IMG/VR virus record: IMGVR_UViG_2548876929_000003
Location: 4,825 to 68,824 of that record
DNA: 64,000 nucleotides
Origin: a virus
Lineage: Duplodnaviria; Caudoviricetes
Reading direction: 5' to 3' (one strand)
Every line of letters starts with the position of its first letter. Position 1 is the stretch's first letter. The translations under genes were made by a program, and so were the position numbers. The notes under the pieces were generated by a model that was not told where the DNA came from, did not search any database, and was given only the letters and a program-made list of their open reading frames with translations. Of this stretch, positions 55,888-64,000 are shown one piece after another.

Positions 55888-56895
55888 TCAGCCTCCTTGC
55901 TTTGCTCTTAACTCAGCCAGCATTTTTTGTAAATTATCCGTGTTGTATTGCTCGTCCGATTGAAGCGCAGAATCACTTTCCTGTTCACACTCCACTGTGA
56001 CAGTGCTTTGGTCAGTAGTTTGACGAGATGCATGCAAGGAATAAATGACCGTAGCACAGTAGCTTACGCTTCTAATCTCATCGCGCTTATGCTTGGGTTT
56101 GAAATTGTCAAAAGCCTGGTCAATGCCATCTAAAACAGTTTGAAGTGGTACACCTTCCTTGATTAGCTCGTCTATCGCTTGATCATCAGCAACCGTTATT
56201 TCTAGGCCTTTCCCACGACGACGAAGATATTTATCAGCTACAGCCTGCCGATAATCAATATCCGAAGATGATATTTCATTCTGTTCAGAGTCAGTATCTG
56301 TTTCAGAAGTGGCAGGAGCGGTACCTTGCCGGGAAGACGGTATCCCCTCATCTTTGGAATTGATTTCAGTTTCGGGAGTTAAGCAACAACAACTTTCTTT
56401 TTCTAGTTCTAAATCTAATTCTTTATCTGTTTCGTTACCGACCGTTACTGTAACGTTACTAGTAGCGTTTCCTGTAACATGGTAATTCGCTTCACCTGAA
56501 CCAAGCTGCTTCTGCTTATCGCGGTATTTCTGAACCCTCTTTTTAGTTTGTTCCCTGACCTTCTCCATCCCGTCTACATTCTGATGCTTCTCCCAGTTAG
56601 GTAGAAAGAAAGCTCCTTGCTCAGATACTTCTAGCATCCCAAATCTTTCAAAGATGGATAGAGCCATTTTTATAACTGGCAGCGGTCTCTTGATCACTGA
56701 AATCAACATGTCCTCTGTGTATGGAATAGTTTCGGTTAGCATGATGTAACCGCCCATGTTGGATCTGCCAGTCATAGTCATTAGCTTGAGCCATATAACA
56801 ATGATCGTGTCAGCTTCGGGCATATCTTCAATGATTTTTATTTTTTCGTCGTCAAACATGCCGGTGCTGAGCTTAATCCATTTAATCTCAGCCAT
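55888..56895 (-). CDS. Phage replisome organiser / replication initiator
   Basis: MAEIKWIKLSTGMFDDEKIK...PNWEKHQN; upstream of the helicase loader. Confidence 0.9.
   Translation of the reverse strand: MAEIKWIKLSTGMFDDEKIKIIEDMPEADTIIVIWLKLMTMTGRSNMGGYIMLTETIPYTEDMLISVIKRPLPVIKMALSIFERFGMLEVSEQGAFFLPNWEKHQNVDGMEKVREQTKKRVQKYRDKQKQLGSGEANYHVTGNATSNVTVTVGNETDKELDLELEKESCCCLTPETEINSKDEGIPSSRQGTAPATSETDTDSEQNEISSSDIDYRQAVADKYLRRRGKGLEITVADDQAIDELIKEGVPLQTVLDGIDQAFDNFKPKHKRDEIRSVSYCATVIYSLHASRQTTDQSTVTVECEQESDSALQSDEQYNTDNLQKMLAELRAKQGG
56433..56485. other. Putative replication origin iterons inside the initiator gene
   Basis: Clustered GTTAC/GTAAC repeats including the palindrome GTAACGTTAC. Confidence 0.55.
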
Positions 56896-57328
56896 CTGTA
56901 TCAATCCTCTGAATAGCAGTTCTCATATTTTCAGCATCTTTAACGCCCTTCTTGGAATTGCATGATTTACAAGCAACTATCAGGTTATGAGGCTCAGTCG
57001 GTCCGCCCTTTGATTCAGGAATCACATGGTCGATGGTTAGTCCCTTTTCTCTCCCGCAATATTGGCATTTGTAACAATCTCTTTCTAGTACCAATTTCCT
57101 CATTTCCTTAGGAATCAAAGCTTTAGAATAAACAGGTATCTTTTTTATTATGTTTACAGGTCTTCTACGAGGGTTAGGTTCCATAAAACCATCGTCCTCT
57201 AACCTCCAGTAGCACAGCTGGCAAATTCCATATCCTGTACCCGTAAAGTCTACGAATCTTATGTGGTTTACATCCTCAGAAGTATGTTCACACCACAAGC
57301 AAATACTATTTTTGTCCATTTCACTCAC
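56888..57328 (-). CDS. HNH endonuclease
   Basis: CQYCG....LTIDHVIPESKGG......IVACKSCNSKKG. Confidence 0.9.
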   Translation of the reverse strand: MSEMDKNSICLWCEHTSEDVNHIRFVDFTGTGYGICQLCYWRLEDDGFMEPNPRRRPVNIIKKIPVYSKALIPKEMRKLVLERDCYKCQYCGREKGLTIDHVIPESKGGPTEPHNLIVACKSCNSKKGVKDAENMRTAIQRIDTDG

Positions 57329-57336
57329 CCCGGATA

Positions 57337-57759
57337 TTATCTAATCCCGCTGGCGGAGCTTCCATACTCCGCCAGCAACACCTTTAGACTGTATTTTAAA
57401 GAGTTTATTACCTGGTCATTACTTTCTACAGCATTACTCCAGCGGACCTTATCAGCTTCTGCATCTGCTTCTTGGAGGCGAAGTTCAATTACCGCCAACT
57501 CCGCGCGTTGCTCTCTTAGGTTCTTTGCTGCAATATACGCTTCAGCATAAACGCGTTTCCTCTCAGCATATTTCTTCTTATAATCCCTTACGGCCTCAGC
57601 TGCCTTGCGCCCCAGGAGAATCTGGACTTCGGTCAGCAATTCAATCTTACGTGCCAGTGTAGCAGGGTAATCATGGCTGCATTGATCCGCAAGACTATAA
57701 AGCTCTCCGAGCGTATATTGTTTTTGTAGAGACAATGCAGCCACTCCTTTTTTATACAT
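57337..57759 (-). CDS. Coiled-coil phage protein
   Basis: ORF track. Confidence 0.55.
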   Translation of the reverse strand: MYKKGVAALSLQKQYTLGELYSLADQCSHDYPATLARKIELLTEVQILLGRKAAEAVRDYKKKYAERKRVYAEAYIAAKNLREQRAELAVIELRLQEADAEADKVRWSNAVESNDQVINSLKYSLKVLLAEYGSSASGIR

Positions 57760-58912
57760 GCGCTCCTATATGGAGTAATCGTTCTCTAACCTCAGGCCAA
57801 AGGTAGGCTTGTCCACCTTCTCCGTTTCCATCCCGGCAGAACCATTTTGAGATAGTTGGCTTACCACCTGTAACATAATCCCTTAAGCCTTTAACCCAGG
57901 ACGATTCTGTACCAGACATAGCCAATGAACGAGTGTAGAGAGGCATAATTCGAGGCGGATCATACTTTTTCTCACCCAGTCTGTGGCCCAAGAAATATGG
58001 GTTCCCTTCGGTTTCCATCAGACCAAGTCGGCCATTATCTTTTTTTAAGAACTGGAATTTACGAGAGGTCCAGTTGATTTCATATAAGTAATCCAGCACA
58101 CTATTCGCTAGCTTAATCCTTCCGTCTTTTCCGGCTTTTTTAGCCGCTGTACTCCACTCCTTTAAATTAGCCTCACTAGGAATGAATCTGGATTTTGGGT
58201 TGTGATGACCTGATCTCTTCGTCAGTTTTCTAAGTCTGTTTTCGGGTTTTGTAGCAAGGTCAAACAATTCGAAACTTGCCAAGTTGGTATAGTAATCTTT
58301 ATTAACTATGACCCACCACATATTATTGATATTGTGGTAGACGGTCCCGCGCATCAACGTTCCCTTTCTACCTCTGAAATATTTCACTTCGCCGTTATTT
58401 ATCCGTATCCCATCTTTATCGAGAGCGTTATAATCAGGAAGATTTTCTGAACTCCAGTGTCTGCTTGGCGAATTAAGCTTATGAAATACCTTATCGTATG
58501 ACGTTTTTAGTACTGGTTCAGAGTCACAAGTAAATCCTTCCTTCAGTAAAAATTGTTCCATATACCTGACTTCAACTAGAAACCGCTTTTGGAGTAGATA
58601 AGGCATCTTTTCAAATTTGTTAAAGTCATATCTACCGCCGTTTGGGTTCTCTACATTAATTTCTTGATAGAATTCAAGTTTTGCACCACAATTATATTTT
58701 TCACCAACAAACAGAAGCTCTCCCTTGTTGCCAGCAAAACGGTCCTTCGAAAGGATAGGATAGTCACGGTCTATTCGTGGATCAGATCCAATGACAAAAC
58801 CTCTATTCCTCATCATGTCTAACATCCGTAAAAAGGTAGGATGGGATATTTCTTTATCGCCTCTTACAGCTATGCTTGTATTCCAAATGCTAAAATCCTT
58901 GTCTCCTCTCAC
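57752..58912 (-). CDS. Phage hypothetical protein (386 aa)
   Basis: Long ORF in the early operon; exact start uncertain. Confidence 0.7.
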   Translation of the reverse strand: MRGDKDFSIWNTSIAVRGDKEISHPTFLRMLDMMRNRGFVIGSDPRIDRDYPILSKDRFAGNKGELLFVGEKYNCGAKLEFYQEINVENPNGGRYDFNKFEKMPYLLQKRFLVEVRYMEQFLLKEGFTCDSEPVLKTSYDKVFHKLNSPSRHWSSENLPDYNALDKDGIRINNGEVKYFRGRKGTLMRGTVYHNINNMWWVIVNKDYYTNLASFELFDLATKPENRLRKLTKRSGHHNPKSRFIPSEANLKEWSTAAKKAGKDGRIKLANSVLDYLYEINWTSRKFQFLKKDNGRLGLMETEGNPYFLGHRLGEKKYDPPRIMPLYTRSLAMSGTESSWVKGLRDYVTGGKPTISKWFCRDGNGEGGQAYLWPEVRERLLHIGAHV

Positions 58913-58972
58913 AAGACAGGCCTCCTGTTTTCATTTTCAAAATCTTGTGTTATACTTCCGTTGAATTGTTTC

Positions 58973-59371
58973 TTAAATGATCGTGTTGGTAGCACGATTG
59001 TTTTTCTGGACTTTTCTGTCTTTTCTTTTGCGGTATAACTTACGGCAATAGTAATTACAGAAAAGTCCTTCTTCTTTTGGATTGGGAATTTTTTGTCCTT
59101 CAAAGACTTCTTTTTCACAATGCTTGCAGCATCCTATTTTTTTACCAGATATCTTGTATCCTGATGACTTAGGAGCCTCTAGCCCTTCATATTCTTCATT
59201 TTTAAATTCCTCAAGTTCACTTAATTCAGCAGTAAGCAAATCTATTTGAGCATGAATTTCGTCAGTCGGTAATCCGAATTTGACAGCGTCAATGCTGTCC
59301 TCATATAATTCACGTAATTGCGCTCTAAGCACCCTAGATTGTTTATGATCGTCCAACTCTCTCAGCTCCAT
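58973..59371 (-). CDS. Phage hypothetical protein with Cys motifs
   Basis: CCKHCEK...FCNYYC. Confidence 0.55.
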   Translation of the reverse strand: MELRELDDHKQSRVLRAQLRELYEDSIDAVKFGLPTDEIHAQIDLLTAELSELEEFKNEEYEGLEAPKSSGYKISGKKIGCCKHCEKEVFEGQKIPNPKEEGLFCNYYCRKLYRKRKDRKVQKNNRATNTII

Positions 59372-59730
59372 ATCTCCGCCTCAAGTTCGGATATTTTAGC
59401 CTTCAATTGCCTTTCTTGTTCCTTCAAAGGTTTCATCTTCTGAATACATACGTGATTAGGCCATGGACTATCTGTAATAGCATATTGAGTTTTATAAATG
59501 GCCTGAAGCTTTTGTTCAGTAAGTTCTTTTTCCTTTTGAAGAGAAAGCTTTTTCTTATCCTGCTCTGTCAGCTGTAGCATCTCAATATCTACCGAATGTT
59601 GACAATTCAACCAACAATGCATGAGTAATACAGCGGCTATAAGCGAGTCTGCTGGTTGATCCAATGTAAATTTGAAGCCTTCATCATCCACAATAGGAAT
59701 AGAGTAAATGGTTTGCATTTTGCTACTCAT
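59362..59730 (-). CDS. Phage hypothetical protein
   Basis: ORF track. Confidence 0.45.
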   Translation of the reverse strand: MSSKMQTIYSIPIVDDEGFKFTLDQPADSLIAAVLLMHCWLNCQHSVDIEMLQLTEQDKKKLSLQKEKELTEQKLQAIYKTQYAITDSPWPNHVCIQKMKPLKEQERQLKAKISELEAEIWS

Positions 59731-59822
59731 TTTGACTTGCTCTTGCGTTGTATATTACGAACGATAATGGCATGCTGTAATTCGTTTTCGAACCAGATAC
59801 GAGCCAATTCCGGTAGAGTCAT
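59727..59822 (-). CDS. 31-aa hypothetical protein
   Basis: Manual translation MTLPELARIWFENELQHAIIVRNIQRKSKSK; fills the operon gap. Confidence 0.45.
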   Translation of the reverse strand: MTLPELARIWFENELQHAIIVRNIQRKSKSK

Positions 59823-59835
59823 AATCATTCACCCC

Positions 59836-60267
59836 TTAGATATAGTCTTCTGGACGAAAGTCTTTAACGAAGTAAATGGAATCATCAAAATCAATGCGCC
59901 GGATGTGACTGTACTTCGCGACTGAGAACAAAACTTTCAACTTACTCCAAATTATGCGGCGATATTTTCCGACCGTTTCGTTAAATTTTCCATCTGTCTC
60001 CTTGTAACGATCTTTTGTGAGAGTAATGGACCTAATTCTTACTGCATCCTGTAACTGATAGCATTCAGCATCCGTCAGCGTTACACTGTCTCGAACCTCT
60101 TGAACCATCATCTGAACTTCTTCCACTTTTTCAGTTACATCCAAATGCATTTGCTTAATACCGTCTATAAGACCGCGAATCGCCATGCCTTGAGCCTCTG
60201 TTAGTTGCATTTGCTTTTCAACTACAGACAAGAAATCTGGCTGCTGATTAGGATTCATTAGTGTCAT
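59836..60267 (-). CDS. ORF6C-domain (antirepressor-like) protein
   Basis: IWSKLKVLFSVAKYSHIRRIDFDDSIYFVKDFRP. Confidence 0.7.
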   Translation of the reverse strand: MTLMNPNQQPDFLSVVEKQMQLTEAQGMAIRGLIDGIKQMHLDVTEKVEEVQMMVQEVRDSVTLTDAECYQLQDAVRIRSITLTKDRYKETDGKFNETVGKYRRIIWSKLKVLFSVAKYSHIRRIDFDDSIYFVKDFRPEDYI

Positions 60268-61385
60268 TTTTCTACCACCTTTCTGCTGTTTACAGCTGGA
60301 CGAATCTGTTCAATAAAGGCTTCCAACATGTCCAAACTTTCAGACAACCGTTTCTTTTCAGAACTACTTGCACTGCCTATTGCCCCCAACATGAACGAAG
60401 TAATTCCAACCTTTTGCAGAAACTGTTTCACATGGATACTTACCTGGATCGTGTTGCTGTCCGCTTCAAAGCGAAGCTTCTTCATTTGAGCAGCGGCCTC
60501 ATGTTCGTTGAAGTCATCTGGCTGCTGGAGTTTGATAGTCTCCAGTTCTTCTTTAGCTCTTTGGTAGCCACTCTTCAATTGTTCAACTTTTAAACGTTCT
60601 TTTTCCAAATCATCATTGAGTTTGTTTTTCCAATATTCATCGCGTTGTTTGAGCTGCGCTTCCGCCTCTTTTTCCTTTTGGCGAATGAAAATGCCTGTTT
60701 CTTCCTCATGACGCTCTACAGCCGCAGATACAGCATCCTCAAGTTGATCCGCAGGAATGGCATCTTTGTACTGTCTCTGTAACTCAAGCTTGTCCCGCTC
60801 TGCCTGCTCTGCTCTTTCCTCTGCCTCACGGACAGCCTCTTCGAGCCGAGCTTTGGTTTCTACAAATGCCTTGTGAGTGCTGATCAAGCCTTCATCAAGC
60901 TGCTGAATGATTTCGGGAGTAGCATTTTCCGCAATAAACTTCGCTTTGTCGTACTGCCTGCCAGAGCCAAAGCCTGCCTGATCCGCTACAATATCCCGAA
61001 CTTGTCCGGTAGGTTGGTCAGGAAAATTTTCCGTACCTCCAGCCATGCGCTCTTTTGCCTTCAAGCGTTCGACCTCTTCAAGTCGCCGTGCCCATTCTAC
61101 TCGCTCGGAAAAAGTGAACTCCTTACGATGTTCATTCTCGGAAATCTCAAGCTGAAGTTGATGCTCAAAATCCTTGATTTCCATAACTCTTACCGTCACT
61201 TCTGAGCGTCCAAGGAACTGGTGCGCTCTCAAGCGCCGCTCTCCAGCAATTAACTGATAATCTGGTGTTACTACAATAGGGTTAATAAGTCCGTTTTGTT
61301 CTATATCCTGTGCCAGTTCTTCGATGCCACCGAAGTCCTTACGGATACGATCACTGACTTTGATTTTGCTGATACCAATTTGCAA
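60264..61385 (-). CDS. ParB N-terminal domain protein with coiled coil
   Basis: IEELAQDIEQNGLINPIVV....LIAGERRLRA; EISENEHRKEF. Confidence 0.85.
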   Translation of the reverse strand: MQIGISKIKVSDRIRKDFGGIEELAQDIEQNGLINPIVVTPDYQLIAGERRLRAHQFLGRSEVTVRVMEIKDFEHQLQLEISENEHRKEFTFSERVEWARRLEEVERLKAKERMAGGTENFPDQPTGQVRDIVADQAGFGSGRQYDKAKFIAENATPEIIQQLDEGLISTHKAFVETKARLEEAVREAEERAEQAERDKLELQRQYKDAIPADQLEDAVSAAVERHEEETGIFIRQKEKEAEAQLKQRDEYWKNKLNDDLEKERLKVEQLKSGYQRAKEELETIKLQQPDDFNEHEAAAQMKKLRFEADSNTIQVSIHVKQFLQKVGITSFMLGAIGSASSSEKKRLSESLDMLEAFIEQIRPAVNSRKVVEK

Positions 61386-61591
61386 GTTGATTCTCCTTTC
61401 TTTACATCCCCTCTGTGATAAAATGTAAGTTGTTGTAGCTTTATCAATTCATCAAAGAAAAGAGATGCTATCTTGTAAAGATACTCTCGCTATTTTTTAA
61501 TAGAGTAGAATGCTTACATTCTTTAAATCATGCAGTCAGTTATCCAGTTGTTCTATATTGGGTGTAGTCATTTAGTTTTGTTCTCCTTTCT

Positions 61592-61858
61592 TTAATAAGA
61601 TTGTTCCAATAACCAATTTTCCAAGAACTCACGCGTTTCTCTCGCAGGAAAATACCATTTGCTCCCTACTTTCCGTTTCGGAAATCCTGGATGATAGAAA
61701 AATTGTTCTTGTATAAAGTTCCAACTCATACATGTACGACGCTTTAATTCAGCCGCATCCCAAAATACGTACTCCACATCAGCTTCTTTTAAAACCTCCG
61801 CTATCTTCGATTTGACCAGTTGAAAGGCTTCCTTTTCGTCAACGCTGACTGACAACAT
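61592..61858 (-). CDS. Putative excisionase / winged-helix protein
   Basis: Directly after Cro; FPKRKVGSKWYFPARET. Confidence 0.6.
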   Translation of the reverse strand: MLSVSVDEKEAFQLVKSKIAEVLKEADVEYVFWDAAELKRRTCMSWNFIQEQFFYHPGFPKRKVGSKWYFPARETREFLENWLLEQSY

Positions 61859-61870
61859 GTTTATCCCTCC

Positions 61871-62083
61871 TTAATTGTTGTTTTTTTTTAATTTCTTAGG
61901 AACCAGCTTGATCTCTAATCCCAAAGCATCGCAGGCTTTTCTAAGCGTGGTTTCGTTCCACCGACGACTTCCATTTAGCAAATTGTGCATGTACTGCGGG
62001 GAACACCCAACTAAATGAGCTAAATCAGAAGGATTTAATCCTTTTTCATTTATAAGTGGCCTCATTTGTTCAGAAACCTTCAT
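61871..62083 (-). CDS. Cro-like XRE repressor
   Basis: HTH LNPSDLAHLVGCSPQYMHNLLNG; divergent from CI. Confidence 0.85.
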   Translation of the reverse strand: MKVSEQMRPLINEKGLNPSDLAHLVGCSPQYMHNLLNGSRRWNETTLRKACDALGLEIKLVPKKLKKNNN

Positions 62084-62107
62084 TTCATCACCTCCGTTGA
62101 AATAATA

Positions 62108-62270
62108 TTAATCTATTTGATTAATTAAATCAAACGTAAAATTAATCAAATAGATTCAAATAAAAGCATTTTAGATTATTATCCATATAGTTTAATATAT
62201 ATGCTCAATTTTTCGCCTATTTGCTTCTTTTTAATCTATTTGCTGTTTGTATTTTAATCTATTTGTTGAT
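62108..62270. promoter_or_regulatory. Lysis-lysogeny switch with four operator-like sites
   Basis: TTAATCTATTTG(ATTAA)-type sites at 62108, 62142 (inverted core), 62231 and 62254. Confidence 0.7.
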
Positions 62271-62313
62271 ATCATTAATTCATCAATTAGTTTAAAAGGA
62301 GCGGTCACAGGAC

Positions 62314-62703
62314 ATGTCTAGTTATCCTAACCGGATAAGAGAGATTAGAAAATCACAAAAGAAATCAGGAGTACAAGTAGCTGAATTTTTAGGAATTACC
62401 CCTCAATTTCTATACAATATCGAAAAAGGAAGCCGAACTTTAAATACTGAGGTGGCTTCAAAATTAGCCGAGTATTTTGATGTAACCGTAGATTACCTTC
62501 TTGGCCGTACAGAAGCCGAAAAAGATGATCGCCAATATCCAGAGTGGGCCACGTCAAAGGACATTCGGGATTTTAAAACAATACTTGAAGAAGATGCGCC
62601 GGTAATGTTCGATGGCGTACCAATCTCAGAAGACGACAAAGAAAAAATTAAACGGGTCATGGAAGCTATGTTCTGGGATGCTAAAAAGAACAAAAAAGAT
62701 TAA
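62314..62703 (+). CDS. CI/ImmR-like XRE repressor (no S24 autoprotease domain)
   Basis: HTH VQVAEFLGITPQFLYNIEKG...YFDVTVDYLLGRT; short C-terminal domain. Confidence 0.9.
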   Translation: MSSYPNRIREIRKSQKKSGVQVAEFLGITPQFLYNIEKGSRTLNTEVASKLAEYFDVTVDYLLGRTEAEKDDRQYPEWATSKDIRDFKTILEEDAPVMFDGVPISEDDKEKIKRVMEAMFWDAKKNKKD

Positions 62704-62784
62704 TTGTTTTGAATGAAATAGCTTTCCTAAATATTCACTTTGCGCTTTCACCGCTGCGAGGCGGTTTCACATACACAAAAAACG

Positions 62785-62796
62785 GAACATTTGTTC
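62785..62796. promoter_or_regulatory. LexA (SOS) box upstream of the integrase
   Basis: GAAC-ATTT-GTTC matches the Firmicutes GAAC-N4-GTTC consensus, ~16 bp before the ATG. Confidence 0.7.
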
Positions 62797-62812
62797 TATT
62801 GGAGGAATAATC

Positions 62813-64000
62813 ATGGCAAACTTTAAAAGATTAAAGAGTGGTTGGCGGTATCGGTTAAAGTACACCGATCCGTTTACACAGCAACAAAAGGAGAAGTCAG
62901 AACGGGGATTCCGTACAAAACCGGAAGCAGAGTTAGCTGCAGCAGAATTTTTAAAGAGAATAAAACAAGGTTACGAACAGATTGACATGCCTCTCGTCGA
63001 TTATATAGAAAGTTGGATCATCAACTATAAAAAAGGAGATGTTAGAAAAAACACACTTAAACAACATATGAACAATCTAAAAACACACATTAAGCCTTAT
63101 TTTAAACAATTAATGATAAAAGATTTAAAACCAGATATGTACCAAAAATTTTTAGATGCTTGTTTAGAAAAAGGCTTAAGCCGAAGAACAGTCGAAATAA
63201 TTAACTCAACAGTTTACAGTGCTTTAGAACTCGCAGTAATTCAAGGAAAGTTAGAACGTAATCCTTGCATAGGATCAATTATTAAGGGAGAGAGGAAACA
63301 AAAAACTATTGATTTCATTGATTCTGAGGATATTCCTCGTTTTCTTTATACAGCAAGAGGATATGGTTATATATACTGGATATTTTTCAAGGTGCTGTTG
63401 GAGACTGGCATGCGTAAAGGTGAAGCCGCTGCTTTAAAGTGGTCTGATATTAATTTTAAGGAGAAAAAAATTCACATTAATGAAACTTTGGATTTCCAAC
63501 CTGATAACGAGGACGAGCTATTCGGGGAAACAAAAACCTTCAAATCAAAACGAACAATCAGTGTAAGTACATCTCTAATCAACGATCTAAAGTATCATGC
63601 TAGTTGGCAGAACCAGAATAAAATTAATCTCGGAGAAACAATGTACCGACATGATTTAAATCTCGTTCTATGTAGAAATGACGGACGTCCTATGCCGAAG
63701 TCAACACTATTTAACGCATTTAAGCGTATCTTGAAGCGCGCTAGTCTCGATGGAGTTTTGCGTATCCATTCTCTTCGTCACACTTACGCAGTGCTCATGC
63801 TTGAAGCTGGAGCCGATATAAAGTTTGTCCAGGAGCAGCTTGGTCATGGTAGTGTGCAGATTACATCTGATGTATACGCACACATTTCTAAAAAGTTAGA
63901 GAAACGTAACATAGACAGATATGAGGAATACACAAGCAAAATTCTCGGCTCAAACAATTTTAAGTCGGGGGACGTTTGGGGGACACCCCAGAAGAATTAA
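62813..64000 (+). CDS. int: Tyrosine recombinase (phage integrase)
   Basis: ETGMRKGEA (R), RIHSLRHTYA (HxxR), LGHGSVQITSDVYAH (H, Y); N-terminal arm-binding domain. Confidence 0.97.
   Translation: MANFKRLKSGWRYRLKYTDPFTQQQKEKSERGFRTKPEAELAAAEFLKRIKQGYEQIDMPLVDYIESWIINYKKGDVRKNTLKQHMNNLKTHIKPYFKQLMIKDLKPDMYQKFLDACLEKGLSRRTVEIINSTVYSALELAVIQGKLERNPCIGSIIKGERKQKTIDFIDSEDIPRFLYTARGYGYIYWIFFKVLLETGMRKGEAAALKWSDINFKEKKIHINETLDFQPDNEDELFGETKTFKSKRTISVSTSLINDLKYHASWQNQNKINLGETMYRHDLNLVLCRNDGRPMPKSTLFNAFKRILKRASLDGVLRIHSLRHTYAVLMLEAGADIKFVQEQLGHGSVQITSDVYAHISKKLEKRNIDRYEEYTSKILGSNNFKSGDVWGTPQKN

Larger units (their letters stand above)
10567..64000. mobile_element. Temperate siphovirus prophage (minimum extent; left boundary may extend further into 1-10.5 kb or beyond)
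   Basis: Complete integrase-switch-replication-packaging-head-tail-lysis gene order; att sites not identified. Confidence 0.92.

Noticed and set aside
61019-61034. Additional copy of the CAGGAAA-NN-TTTCCTG palindrome (also a half match near 771)
   Set aside because: Mismatched, and inside a coding region or only a half site; could be chance

Overview
Nearly complete temperate siphovirus prophage, mostly on the - strand, most likely from a Paenibacillus (polymyxa-like) host (inferred from the protein families). Order from right to left: tyrosine integrase and CI/Cro switch (61.9-64 kb); early and replication genes (ParB-like, replisome organiser, DnaI, DnaN, HNH, YopX, ArpU-like activator; 45-61.9 kb); packaging (TerS, TerL); a 5.6 kb cargo island splitting TerL from portal; head, neck and tail genes (15.6-35.1 kb); morons; lysis (10.6-12.5 kb). 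The leftmost 10 kb is an accessory region with a Septu-like PtuAB pair, two NucA/NucB DNases, an RRNPP receptor with two tandem peptide genes, secreted proteins and a bacteriocin-like pair. Neither att site is visible, so whether 1-10 kb belongs to the prophage is unresolved. Most notable observations: an FtsK/SpoIIIE gamma domain inside TerS; a candidate defence operon with a holin-domain effector; a ~400 nt tRNA-like structured RNA next to a duplicated small gene; one receptor with two signal peptides; a candidate +1 tail-chaperone frameshift; a mini-GreA; and a 16-bp palindrome repeated at seven sites. All family assignments come from motif recognition by eye, not from database searches.
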